Positions 40,767 to 49,528 of a stretch of DNA of 64,000 bases are shown one piece after another. The DNA is from an uncultured Arcticibacterium sp. (GTDB taxonomy: Bacteria; Bacteroidota; Bacteroidia; Cytophagales; Spirosomataceae), in NCBI RefSeq assembly GCF_964021845.1, contig NZ_CAXHZC010000006.1, forward strand, positions 9,084-73,083, written 5' to 3'. The first letter of the stretch is position 1. Every line of letters starts with the position of its first letter. A program made the translations under genes and the position numbers. The notes below the pieces were generated by a model. It made no database searches. It saw nothing but the letters and a program-made list of their open reading frames with translations, and was not told where the DNA came from.

Positions 40767-41930
40767 ATGAATTACCAGGAAATACTAGACGATATAGAAA
40801 ACTATGTGAGCGAATTAATAAAAACTCACGCCGACGATCATTTAATTTATCATGGCCTGAAACACACGCAAATTGTGGTTTCTAATGCAAAATTCCTTGC
40901 GGGCTACTATACATTAAATGAAAGAGACACTTTCATAGTTTTAGCTTCTTCCTGGTTTCATGACACCGGTTATTGTAACGGTTCCAAAGTAGAGCATGAA
41001 AAAAGAGGTGTAGACTTTACCGTCCATTTTTTAAATAAATATGAAATTGAAAAGGAAACTTTAGAAGAAATATCGGCATGTATTAAAGCCACTACTCTTC
41101 CCCAAAATCCTCAAAACCTTCTTCAAGAAATTATTTGTGATGCCGACCTTTTTCATTTTGGAACAGACGATTTTGAGCAATTTAATGAAAGCATGAAACT
41201 CGAAACAGAGCATTGCTCAGGAGAAAAGATACCAAATAAAAAGTGGAAGAATAGTAGCATTGAGCTCTTAGAAAAACACTCCTTTCATACATCCTACGGA
41301 AAAACTGTTTTGGCTAAACAAAAAAAGAAGAACATTTCAAAGCTCAAGAAAAAATCAAAAAAGAAAGAAGTGCCTGCTCAGAAAAGACCCGATAGAGGAA
41401 TAGAGACCATGTTTAGAATAAGCTCAAACAATCACCAAAGGCTGAGCGACATGGCAGACAATAAGGCACACATCATGATTACCACCACTTCCATTATTCT
41501 GTCCGTAGTACTTACCATTCTCTTTAGAGAAATGGATGCAAATCAATACCTGCTTATACCAAACTTCATACTAACCTCCGTATGTGTAGTTACCATGGTT
41601 TTCTCTATTTTAGCTACCAGACCAACTATTCCAAACGGTATCTTTTCTAAAGAAGACTTATCAGAAAAGAGAGTCAATCTTCTGTTTTTTGGAAATTTTT
41701 ACAAAATGCCTTACGAAGACTACTCTAGAGGTATGTTAAACCTCATGGACGATAGAGACTACTTATACGGCTCGCTCACGAAAGACATTTACTCTCAAGG
41801 AGTAGTTTTAGGACGAAAATATAGGCTTCTCAGAATAGCGTATAACATCTTTATGTTTGGCGTGGTGGTTTCAGTTTTGGCTTTTATCACCATGGCTATT
41901 ATTCAAGAAAAATCTCTAGGACAGATATGA
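40767..41930 (+). CDS. HD-domain phosphohydrolase fused to a 3-TM Pycsar-effector-like (DUF5706-type) membrane module
   Basis: 387 aa. HD motifs YHGLKHT, WFHDTGY, CDADLFHFG. Lys-rich linker. The C-terminal RGIETMFRISSNNHQRLSDMADNKAHIMITTTSIILSVVL plus two further TM helices matches my memory of the DUF5706/Pycsar effector TM family. Confidence 0.6.
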   Translation: MNYQEILDDIENYVSELIKTHADDHLIYHGLKHTQIVVSNAKFLAGYYTLNERDTFIVLASSWFHDTGYCNGSKVEHEKRGVDFTVHFLNKYEIEKETLEEISACIKATTLPQNPQNLLQEIICDADLFHFGTDDFEQFNESMKLETEHCSGEKIPNKKWKNSSIELLEKHSFHTSYGKTVLAKQKKKNISKLKKKSKKKEVPAQKRPDRGIETMFRISSNNHQRLSDMADNKAHIMITTTSIILSVVLTILFREMDANQYLLIPNFILTSVCVVTMVFSILATRPTIPNGIFSKEDLSEKRVNLLFFGNFYKMPYEDYSRGMLNLMDDRDYLYGSLTKDIYSQGVVLGRKYRLLRIAYNIFMFGVVVSVLAFITMAIIQEKSLGQI

Positions 41931-42769
41931 ACAAACTTCTTGCTTTGAATAATTTACTTTCAGCTTTTGGACTCTTTATGTTAGTTCAAGCTTGTTCGCC
42001 ATCATCATCATCCGCCACACTTAGCAGCTCAGATTTTCCTTATAATCTTGACAAACCTGAAGTTTTCCCTTTGCCTTTAAGTCTACTAGAAATATCGGGA
42101 ATAGCATTCAATAAAGGTAATGCCAAAATCACCTACGCTATACAAGACGAAAAAGGAGCCATTTACCAACTTAATAAAGATGAAATAACTCAGAAAACTC
42201 AGTTTATCAAAAATGGGGATTACGAAGATTTGAGTATTCTGAATAATCAAATTTATGTTTTACAAAGCAGCGGGAAAGTGTTTACCACAGCTCTAAGCGA
42301 AATGGTAAACAAAGAAACCACCGCCACCAGCGAGATAGACATTAAACTCCCAAAAGGCGAATATGAGTCCCTTTATGCTGACCCAGAAACCCAGTCGTTG
42401 TTTATACTTTGTAAAAAGTGTGACAAAAAGAATAGTATTCTGGGCTTCCAATATGACCTAAAACGTCAAAAAAAGAAGCCTGAAACATTTGAAATAAAAA
42501 CTAAGAATTTTTCAAAAAAAGGCTTTGCGGCCTCGGCCTTAGCCAGAAACCCAATCGATAAAGACTGGTACGTAATTTCTGCCATTAATGCGAGTCTTCT
42601 TGTTTTTGATACCGACTGGAATTTCAAAGAAAGCATAGAGCTAAAAAAAGACAATTTCAGACAACCTGAAGGTATAGCCTTTGACCAAGCGGGGCACCTT
42701 TACATCTCTAGTGAGGGAGATGATTTTACCAAAGGGAAAATACTGAAGTTCTCGCGAATCACAGACTAG
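41927..42769 (+). CDS. SdiA-regulated/phytase-like beta-propeller lipoprotein
   Basis: 280 aa with lipobox LVQAC. LLEISGIAF...AIQDEKGAIYQL...DYEDLSI...PEGIAFDQAGHLYISSEGD resembles the SdiA-regulated family. 4-nt overlap with the upstream gene. Confidence 0.55.
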   Translation: MNKLLALNNLLSAFGLFMLVQACSPSSSSATLSSSDFPYNLDKPEVFPLPLSLLEISGIAFNKGNAKITYAIQDEKGAIYQLNKDEITQKTQFIKNGDYEDLSILNNQIYVLQSSGKVFTTALSEMVNKETTATSEIDIKLPKGEYESLYADPETQSLFILCKKCDKKNSILGFQYDLKRQKKKPETFEIKTKNFSKKGFAASALARNPIDKDWYVISAINASLLVFDTDWNFKESIELKKDNFRQPEGIAFDQAGHLYISSEGDDFTKGKILKFSRITD

Positions 42770-42780
42770 CAAGCCCATTT

Positions 42781-45700
42781 ATGAAACTAAGCATAAACAA
42801 AATAGCTCTTCTTTTTCTATTATTTTTTTGCTATTCCTGTGCAACCTACAAGACACAGTACGCTGCCGAAACAGAGAAATGGCAAGAAGTAAAACCTGCA
42901 GACTCTCTTAGCATTACACACACCATGTATCTGATTGGCGATGCAGGAAACTCTACCCCTTCTCATAGGTCGCCTGTTATCAACTACCTCGAAGAAGCCT
43001 TAAAAAAGGAATCAGCAAACAGCTCTATCATCTTTTTGGGAGATAACATTTACCAAGATGGTATGCCATCAAAAGAAGATGTGGACGCCAGAGCAGATGC
43101 TCAATACAGATTAGAGGAACAATTGAAAATGCTTGACAATTTTAAAGGCAGGCCTATTATTCTTCCTGGGAATCATGATTGGCGAATTGACGGAGTAAAG
43201 GGCTTAAAAAGACAAAGCAAGTATGTTCAAAAATACCTCAACAGAGACAAAGAAAAGGACGATTACGAAGACTATTTTTTACCACTAGATGGTTGCTCTG
43301 GCCCAGAAGTGGTAGAGCTAAATGAAAATATAGTAGTGGTAGTGGTAGACTCTCAGTGGTGGCTAGCAGACTGGGATAATGACCCAGAGATTAACGACGA
43401 CTGTTCCATAAAAAATAGAGAGAATTTTGAGTTCGTTTTCGAAAACGTCATCAGAAAATATAGGAATAAAAATATAGTAATAGCCATGCACCACCCCCTT
43501 TATACGTATGGGCCTCATGGAGGTAGGTTTACCGCAAAACAGCATTTGTTTCCATTAACAGAAATGAAACCTAAGCTCTTTGTGCCTATTCCTATACTTG
43601 GTAGTTTAAGTGCTATAGTACGGGGTACAATAGGCTCAAGACAAGACGTTGCAAACAAGAATTATAAAGACCTCCGCTCGGCACTTTTGGCAGGTGTAAG
43701 TAAAAACGGAAATTTTATATTTGTGAGTGGGCATGAGCATACTTTACAGCATATTGAAAACAATGGTCAAAAATTTATAGTAAGTGGTAGCGGCTCTAAA
43801 AGCAGCCCTGTGGCTATGGGAAAAGGCTCTGAATTTGCCACAACTGATATGGGCTATAGCAAATTAGACTTTTACGAAGGTGGAGAAACTTGGGTCAATT
43901 ATTACACAGTAAATGACAAAGGAACGGCAGCAAAATTGGTTTACCGCAAAAAAGTAAAAGACACCAAAACACAAGAAAACGAAAACATTTTAGCGGATTT
44001 TTCTGAGCATGAAAGTCTACTAGACTCTGCCAATCATAAACTGACCAAAAATAAAATAGTACCCGTAGGCAAAGCACATGATTTCTTACTGGGAAAACAT
44101 AACAGAGACCTATATCTAGAAAGCTACAATTTCCCCGTTTTAGACCTATCGACTATTCAGGGTGGACTAACTCCTGTAAAGTTAGGAGGGGGCAATCAAA
44201 CCAACTCCCTACGTTTTGACGCCCCTAGCGAAAGACAATATGTTCTTCGGAATTTGACAAAAGACGTTACCCGCTTTTTGCCATTCCCTTTCAATAAAAT
44301 GAGTGTTGCAAAGTTTATTGTTGAAGATAATTTTCTATCCACAAATCCCTTCGCACCGCTGTCTATGCCAGCATTAGCTGACGCTATAAACGTATACCAC
44401 ACTAATCCTATACTTTATTATGTACCCAAGCAGCCCAACTTAGATGCTTATAATGACATCTTTGGAGAGTCGATGAACCTCTTTGAAGAAAGACCTAAAG
44501 GTAAACACTGGAAAGACGCAGGTTTCTTCGGAAATCCTGACAAAATCATCAATACACCTGATTTAATGGAGGCCATTCTGGAAAACAATAAAGATAGAGT
44601 AGATGAAAAGTGGATGCTCAGAACCAGGCTTTTTGACTTTTTAATAGGCGACTGGGATAGACATGACGACCAGTGGGCATGGGCTGCCATAAAACAGGGC
44701 AAAGGAGAAACCATTTACAGACCTATACCAAAAGACAGAGACCAAGCTTTCTCACTATATGATGGAGCTGCCGCAAATTTAGCAAGACTCACTGCTCCTT
44801 TTTTAAGACAGCTACAAAGTTTTGACCCAGAAATAAAAAGCATGAAATGGACTACCTGGAGTGCCCGATTGGTAGATAGAACATTTCTAAATGGGTTAAG
44901 TTGGGAAGACTGGGAAGAACAAGTTCTTTTTATTCAGCAACACTTAACAGACGAGGCTATTGAAAGGTCTTTTGACAACTGGCCTCCTAAAGCCAAAGAA
45001 ATCTCTTTTGAAAGAATTTCTAACAGCATAAAAACTAGAAGAGCCGATTTAATGAAAATTGCAAGAGCACATTACGAGTTTGTCAGCAAATCTGTCAACG
45101 TGATCGGTTCTGAAAAAGAAGAACGTTTTGAGGTAAAGAAACTAGATAAAAACAATACAGAAATAACAGTATTTGACCTTGACAAGGATGGTGAAAAAAG
45201 AAAAATAATTTATCACCGAGTTTTTGACAGTAGCATTACTAATTATGTAAATCTTTATGGAAACGGCGATAAAGACGAGTTTATTTTTAAAGGTGAGGCC
45301 AATAACAAATTAAAAATTAGATTTATAGGTGGTGATGGCAAAGACACTTTTAAAGACTTATCTACTTCATCTACTGGCAAAAAGAGAATCACTATCTATG
45401 ATGATTTAAAAAAGGACAAACTAAAGAGTGCCTCCACATTTAAGGATAAAAGAACCAATATCTTTAGATATAATGTGTACGACCGAAGAAACAATGACAG
45501 CAACTATGATATAGCTATGGTACTGCCCGTGATAGGTTTCAACCCTGATGATGGTCTGTTACTTGGGGGCAGTGTTAATTATACCAAATATGGTTTTAAA
45601 AAAGAGCCGTTTTCTTCTGTTCAGGATTTTAGACTTAAGTATGCTTTTCAGACAAAGTCATTAAGCATAAACTACGAAGGAGATTTTGTCGATACTTTCG

Positions 45701-46554
45701 GCGAATGGGATTTTTACCTCAAATCATTTTTACATGGCCCTAGTTATGCCTTTAATTTTGCGGGTGTTGGAAATAATACAATAAGACCCGATGACGACGA
45801 GAACTATTATAGAGTAAGACAAGCTGCCCTCCACATTTACCCAGCCATAAAGAAGAGGTTTGCTCATAACAGTGCTTATTTCAGTATTGGGCCATTTGCC
45901 GAACGCCTAAATTTACAAGCGACACCAGGAAGGTTTTTGGTGGAGAATACCATCAAAAATCAAGTTTTCGATAGTAAAAACTTTGTTGGCTCTAAGTTCT
46001 TATTCAGTTTTAATAGCGTTGATAATTTCATAGCTCCACATAATGGAATCATCTTTAATTCTGAATTCAAATGGTCTCATCAAACCAATAATTCTCAAAA
46101 CTTTGGTTCTATAAACGCCAGTCTTAGTTTTTTTAGGGCTTTAGATAGTAAAGAGAAATTAGTTTTAGCCTCCCAGTTTGGCACAGGAATTAATATTGGA
46201 GACGGATTTGAGTTTTATCAAATGCCCTATATTGGCGGCAAACAGGGTTTACGAGGATACAGGTCTGAAAGGTTTTATGGAAAGTATAGTTTCTGGCAAT
46301 CCACTGATTTAAGATATAAACTCAAGAGTAATTATAACCCATTAGTCCCTATCACTTATGGCGTTTTTGGGAGTTTTGACCATGGCAGAGTTTGGCTACC
46401 ATCAGAAAACTCCGACAGTTGGCACTATAGCTACGGCGGAGGCCTTTGGCTAGCTCCTGTAGACGCACTAACCTTTACGCTCGGACTATATTTGCCAAAG
46501 GAAAAAGAAGAAGAAAAACCCCGACTTGCGGTGAAGGCGGGGTTCTCTTTCTAA
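42781..46554 (+). CDS. calcineurin-like metallophosphoesterase fused to a C-terminal Omp85/Bac_surface_Ag-type beta-barrel
   Basis: 1257 aa with lipobox/signal FFCYSC. Metallophos motifs LIGDAGN, FLGDNIY, LPGNHDW, VSGHEHTLQH. The C-terminus (GGKQGLRGYRSERFYG...YGGGLWLAP...AVKAGFSF*) is typical of a surface-antigen barrel ending in Phe. Confidence 0.75.
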   Translation: MKLSINKIALLFLLFFCYSCATYKTQYAAETEKWQEVKPADSLSITHTMYLIGDAGNSTPSHRSPVINYLEEALKKESANSSIIFLGDNIYQDGMPSKEDVDARADAQYRLEEQLKMLDNFKGRPIILPGNHDWRIDGVKGLKRQSKYVQKYLNRDKEKDDYEDYFLPLDGCSGPEVVELNENIVVVVVDSQWWLADWDNDPEINDDCSIKNRENFEFVFENVIRKYRNKNIVIAMHHPLYTYGPHGGRFTAKQHLFPLTEMKPKLFVPIPILGSLSAIVRGTIGSRQDVANKNYKDLRSALLAGVSKNGNFIFVSGHEHTLQHIENNGQKFIVSGSGSKSSPVAMGKGSEFATTDMGYSKLDFYEGGETWVNYYTVNDKGTAAKLVYRKKVKDTKTQENENILADFSEHESLLDSANHKLTKNKIVPVGKAHDFLLGKHNRDLYLESYNFPVLDLSTIQGGLTPVKLGGGNQTNSLRFDAPSERQYVLRNLTKDVTRFLPFPFNKMSVAKFIVEDNFLSTNPFAPLSMPALADAINVYHTNPILYYVPKQPNLDAYNDIFGESMNLFEERPKGKHWKDAGFFGNPDKIINTPDLMEAILENNKDRVDEKWMLRTRLFDFLIGDWDRHDDQWAWAAIKQGKGETIYRPIPKDRDQAFSLYDGAAANLARLTAPFLRQLQSFDPEIKSMKWTTWSARLVDRTFLNGLSWEDWEEQVLFIQQHLTDEAIERSFDNWPPKAKEISFERISNSIKTRRADLMKIARAHYEFVSKSVNVIGSEKEERFEVKKLDKNNTEITVFDLDKDGEKRKIIYHRVFDSSITNYVNLYGNGDKDEFIFKGEANNKLKIRFIGGDGKDTFKDLSTSSTGKKRITIYDDLKKDKLKSASTFKDKRTNIFRYNVYDRRNNDSNYDIAMVLPVIGFNPDDGLLLGGSVNYTKYGFKKEPFSSVQDFRLKYAFQTKSLSINYEGDFVDTFGEWDFYLKSFLHGPSYAFNFAGVGNNTIRPDDDENYYRVRQAALHIYPAIKKRFAHNSAYFSIGPFAERLNLQATPGRFLVENTIKNQVFDSKNFVGSKFLFSFNSVDNFIAPHNGIIFNSEFKWSHQTNNSQNFGSINASLSFFRALDSKEKLVLASQFGTGINIGDGFEFYQMPYIGGKQGLRGYRSERFYGKYSFWQSTDLRYKLKSNYNPLVPITYGVFGSFDHGRVWLPSENSDSWHYSYGGGLWLAPVDALTFTLGLYLPKEKEEEKPRLAVKAGFSF

Positions 46555-46581
46555 ATTTGGGAAGGCTTATTATTTTTAAAA

Positions 46582-47559
46582 TTATTCTTCTTTTCTGGTG
46601 GCCGTCATGCTAAACATTTCCATTAGAGAACCTTTGGCTTGATTGGCATCTTCTGCTTTTAAATAGAAGTTTAAATCATAGCCCATCATTGTAAAACTGG
46701 CAGTAATAGTACTATCCTTAACCATCACATCGCTCATAACTATCTCACTCCCATCCTCTGGATTAGTAGAGTATCCGTTTAAACCATCATCTCCTGCTTC
46801 AAATCGCATGGGTATCGTTACGTCACCGTTCGGCGTGCCTACTACCAAAACATCCCAAGAGCCTAAATAATAGTCTTCAGGTGATGCTGTCTCTTCCACC
46901 ACTCTTATCGCCTCTGCCTCAAACATATCCATTAAAGAACCCGTCATAATATCCTCAGACTCCTTTTTTAAGCTTATGGTAACATCATAGCCTACAATGT
47001 GAAAAGCCATATTCAAGGTTTCGTCTTCTATTTCAGCCGAATCCATTTCTTCTTCTCCACTGTCAGGATTTGTAAAATAACCAGTAACCACATCGCCATT
47101 TTTCTCAAACCTCACTGGTATTTGAACATCACCTTCAGGCGTACCTTCAACAAAAACATTCCAAGATCCTATAAAATATGCATCAGCGTCAACCACTCTA
47201 GTAGCCTCCGCCTCAAACATTTCCATCAAAGAACCTTTCATGCTGTTCTCCGTTTCCTTTTTTAAATTCATGGTCACATCATATCCAGCTATATAAAAAG
47301 CCACTGAAAGTGTCCCATCTTTTATTTCAGCAGAATCCATTTCTTCCTCTTCTCCACTCTCTGGATTAATAAAATAACCCGAAACCACATCGTCTGTCAT
47401 TTCAAACCTCATAGGTAATTCAGCGTCGCCTTCGGGTGTTCCTTTTACTAAAACATTCCACGAATCAAGAAAGTAGCTATTGTCTTCTTGGGCCTGTACA
47501 TTTACAACTGAAGTCAATAAGAAGGCTGTGAGGGTTAAAAAGTTTTTCAATTTTCTCAT
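46582..47559 (-). CDS. secreted protein made of three tandem ~100-aa acidic modules
   Basis: Likely start is MRKLKNFLTLTAFLLTSVVNVQAQ at 47559. Three copies of Y(F/Y)(L/I)(D/G)SW(N/D)V(L/F)V.GTP.GD...P(M/V)RFE...D.(V/L).GY(F/S)(I/T)NP(E/D)(S/D)G(E/S)E...(D/S).....(D/E)(G/E/S)T(L/I)...F...GYD(V/L)...LK.E......GSLM(E/D)MF...A.R. Confidence 0.65.
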   Translation of the reverse strand: MRKLKNFLTLTAFLLTSVVNVQAQEDNSYFLDSWNVLVKGTPEGDAELPMRFEMTDDVVSGYFINPESGEEEEMDSAEIKDGTLSVAFYIAGYDVTMNLKKETENSMKGSLMEMFEAEATRVVDADAYFIGSWNVFVEGTPEGDVQIPVRFEKNGDVVTGYFTNPDSGEEEMDSAEIEDETLNMAFHIVGYDVTISLKKESEDIMTGSLMDMFEAEAIRVVEETASPEDYYLGSWDVLVVGTPNGDVTIPMRFEAGDDGLNGYSTNPEDGSEIVMSDVMVKDSTITASFTMMGYDLNFYLKAEDANQAKGSLMEMFSMTATRKEE

Positions 47560-47760
47560 TTCAATAAGTATAAGTTCGTTTAATAAATGTAATTGCAAGT
47601 TTCTCCATAGAATCTACAACCAGACCTAACACTTTAGCAAAATGATAAAAAAACAAGCAACCTCCTAATAGGAACTCACCTTCTCAATTTCATTACTGTC
47701 AAAAGCAAGTGCATCTTTAGTACAAAAAAAGAGGTCACCAAAACAGGTAACCTCTCTAAG

Positions 47761-47835
47761 TCGGGGTGACAGGATTTGAACCTGCGACCCCACGCCCCCC
47801 AGACGTGTACTCTAACCGGACTGAGCCACACCCCG
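47761..47835 (-). tRNA. tRNA-Pro (anticodon GGG)
   Basis: The reverse complement folds by hand: acceptor CGGGGTG/CACCCCG, D stem GCTC/GAGT, anticodon stem CACGT/GCGTG with loop CTGGGGG (GGG, G37), T arm GCAGG-TTCAAAT-CCTGT. 75 nt, no encoded CCA. Confidence 0.85.
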
Positions 47836-47890
47836 AAATTTGGGCACAAAAATATATTTCTGAATAATTATTTCAAACTATTTTTAACTC

Positions 47891-48970
47891 TTACTTATAT
47901 GGGTCAATGGTTTTAATAGAACCATCTTCATTATAATGAAGCTCAGTCACTTTTACATTTCTCAAGTGATTCTGACCTGAAATTTGAGTATCATGATAAA
48001 ACAAATACCACTTTCCTTTAAACTCAACTATCGAGTGATGGTTTGTCCACCCCTGTACAGGGTTTAAAACCACACCTTGATAAGTGAATGGTCCATAAGG
48101 ATTATCGCCAGTGGCATACACTATCTTGTGCGTATCACCTGTAGAATAACTCAAATAGTATTTGTCGTTATACTTGTGAACCCATGCTGCTTCAAAAAAC
48201 CTTTCGTCTGTTTCACCAGATTTGAAAAGTTCGCCATCTGCATTTAAGATTTTAATATCTCTAGGCTCTTCTGCTAATGTTTTCATATCAGCACCAAGTT
48301 TAGCCATTTTAGGCAATAAAGCTGGCTCATCAGCAGCCGGCTGCTCTTCAGACTTCTCAAATTTACCATTTTTATAATATTGCAATTGGCCTCCCCAAAT
48401 TCCGCCATAATACAAGTAGTAAGAACCATCAGTATCTTCAAAAACTGCTGGATCCATACTTATGGTACCTTCAATAGGCGTAGGCTCGGCTGTAAAAGGT
48501 CCCGTAGGAGAATCACTTTCAGCCACTCCTATATGGAATATATCTTCTTTGTCTTTTACCGGGAAGTATAGATAATACTTCCCGTCTTTTTTGGCTGCAT
48601 CGGGTGCCCACATTTGCCTTCCCGCCCATGGCACATCTTCTATATCAAGAGCTACACCGTGGTCAGTTACCGGCCCGCCAACTTCATCCATTGATAAAAC
48701 TCTGTAATCTCTCATAGCGTACTGCGTACCCAAATCATCGTTAGGAATACCAGCATCTATATCATGTGATGGATAAACATAAATTTTACCATCAAAAACA
48801 TGGGCAGAAGGATCTGCTGTAAAAATATCTGAAACTAAGGGCTCAGATATAGGCTGTAGTTCCGTAGACTCATCCACACTAGCATCCTCTTTATCAGAGG
48901 TCTCAGAAGCACAGGCAGTCATTAGCAAAGCCAGTGTCACTAAACGTAAATCCATTTTCATAAAATTCAT
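47891..48970 (-). CDS. GH43 glycoside hydrolase (beta-xylosidase/alpha-L-arabinofuranosidase type) lipoprotein
   Basis: 359 aa with lipobox LLMTAC. GH43 propeller motifs FTADPSAHVFDGKIYVYPSHD, MWAPDAAKKDGKYYLYF, FEAAWVHKYNDKYYLSYS. Confidence 0.85.
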   Translation of the reverse strand: MNFMKMDLRLVTLALLMTACASETSDKEDASVDESTELQPISEPLVSDIFTADPSAHVFDGKIYVYPSHDIDAGIPNDDLGTQYAMRDYRVLSMDEVGGPVTDHGVALDIEDVPWAGRQMWAPDAAKKDGKYYLYFPVKDKEDIFHIGVAESDSPTGPFTAEPTPIEGTISMDPAVFEDTDGSYYLYYGGIWGGQLQYYKNGKFEKSEEQPAADEPALLPKMAKLGADMKTLAEEPRDIKILNADGELFKSGETDERFFEAAWVHKYNDKYYLSYSTGDTHKIVYATGDNPYGPFTYQGVVLNPVQGWTNHHSIVEFKGKWYLFYHDTQISGQNHLRNVKVTELHYNEDGSIKTIDPYK

Positions 48971-49062
48971 TTGATAAAATTTAGGGTTTATGCAATCGGT
49001 TCCAAAAATAAATGAATTTCCGCACTTCCAAAGTATTCGGAAAAGAATTGGACAGAAAGAGA

Positions 49063-49070
49063 TACCTTTG
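49063..49070 (+). promoter_or_regulatory. candidate -7 box (TACCTTTG) for the RRM gene
   Basis: TAnnTTTG match 19 nt upstream of the ATG at 49089. Confidence 0.35.
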
Positions 49071-49088
49071 TGTCAAAGAAAATAATAT

Positions 49089-49472
49089 ATGGACATACAC
49101 GTAAGTAATCTACCTTTCAAATTAACCGAAGACGAACTAAAAGCATTGTTTGAAAAACATGGCAAGGTAGAGTCTGTCCAAATAATTCTGAATCACAAAA
49201 CTAGACAAAATAAAGGCTTCGGTTTTGTCAAAATGCCAAACAAAGCAGAAGCTGGAACTGCCATCTATCGCCTTAATGGATTTGAAATAATGGATAGGAA
49301 ACTAAAAGTTTCAGAGTCAAAGCCCAAAGAAGAAGAGGTTAAGAAAGCCTATAATTGGAAAGCCAACATCAAAAAAAAGGGAAGTGTTGTAAGTTTTGAT
49401 GGGCAACCCAAAAAACCTGTCAAAGGAAAACATAAGAAAAGGAGAGGCCACGGAAGAGGAACAACCTATTGA
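49089..49472 (+). CDS. RRM-type RNA-binding protein with basic C-terminal tail
   Basis: 127 aa. RNP2 IHVSNL, RNP1 KGFGFVKM. Lys/Arg/Gly-rich tail. Confidence 0.9.
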   Translation: MDIHVSNLPFKLTEDELKALFEKHGKVESVQIILNHKTRQNKGFGFVKMPNKAEAGTAIYRLNGFEIMDRKLKVSESKPKEEEVKKAYNWKANIKKKGSVVSFDGQPKKPVKGKHKKRRGHGRGTTY

Positions 49473-49528
49473 TACCTCTCTTTTAACCTTAATTGGTTAA
49501 ATTGGGTCAAATTATAAGACCCTCATCA

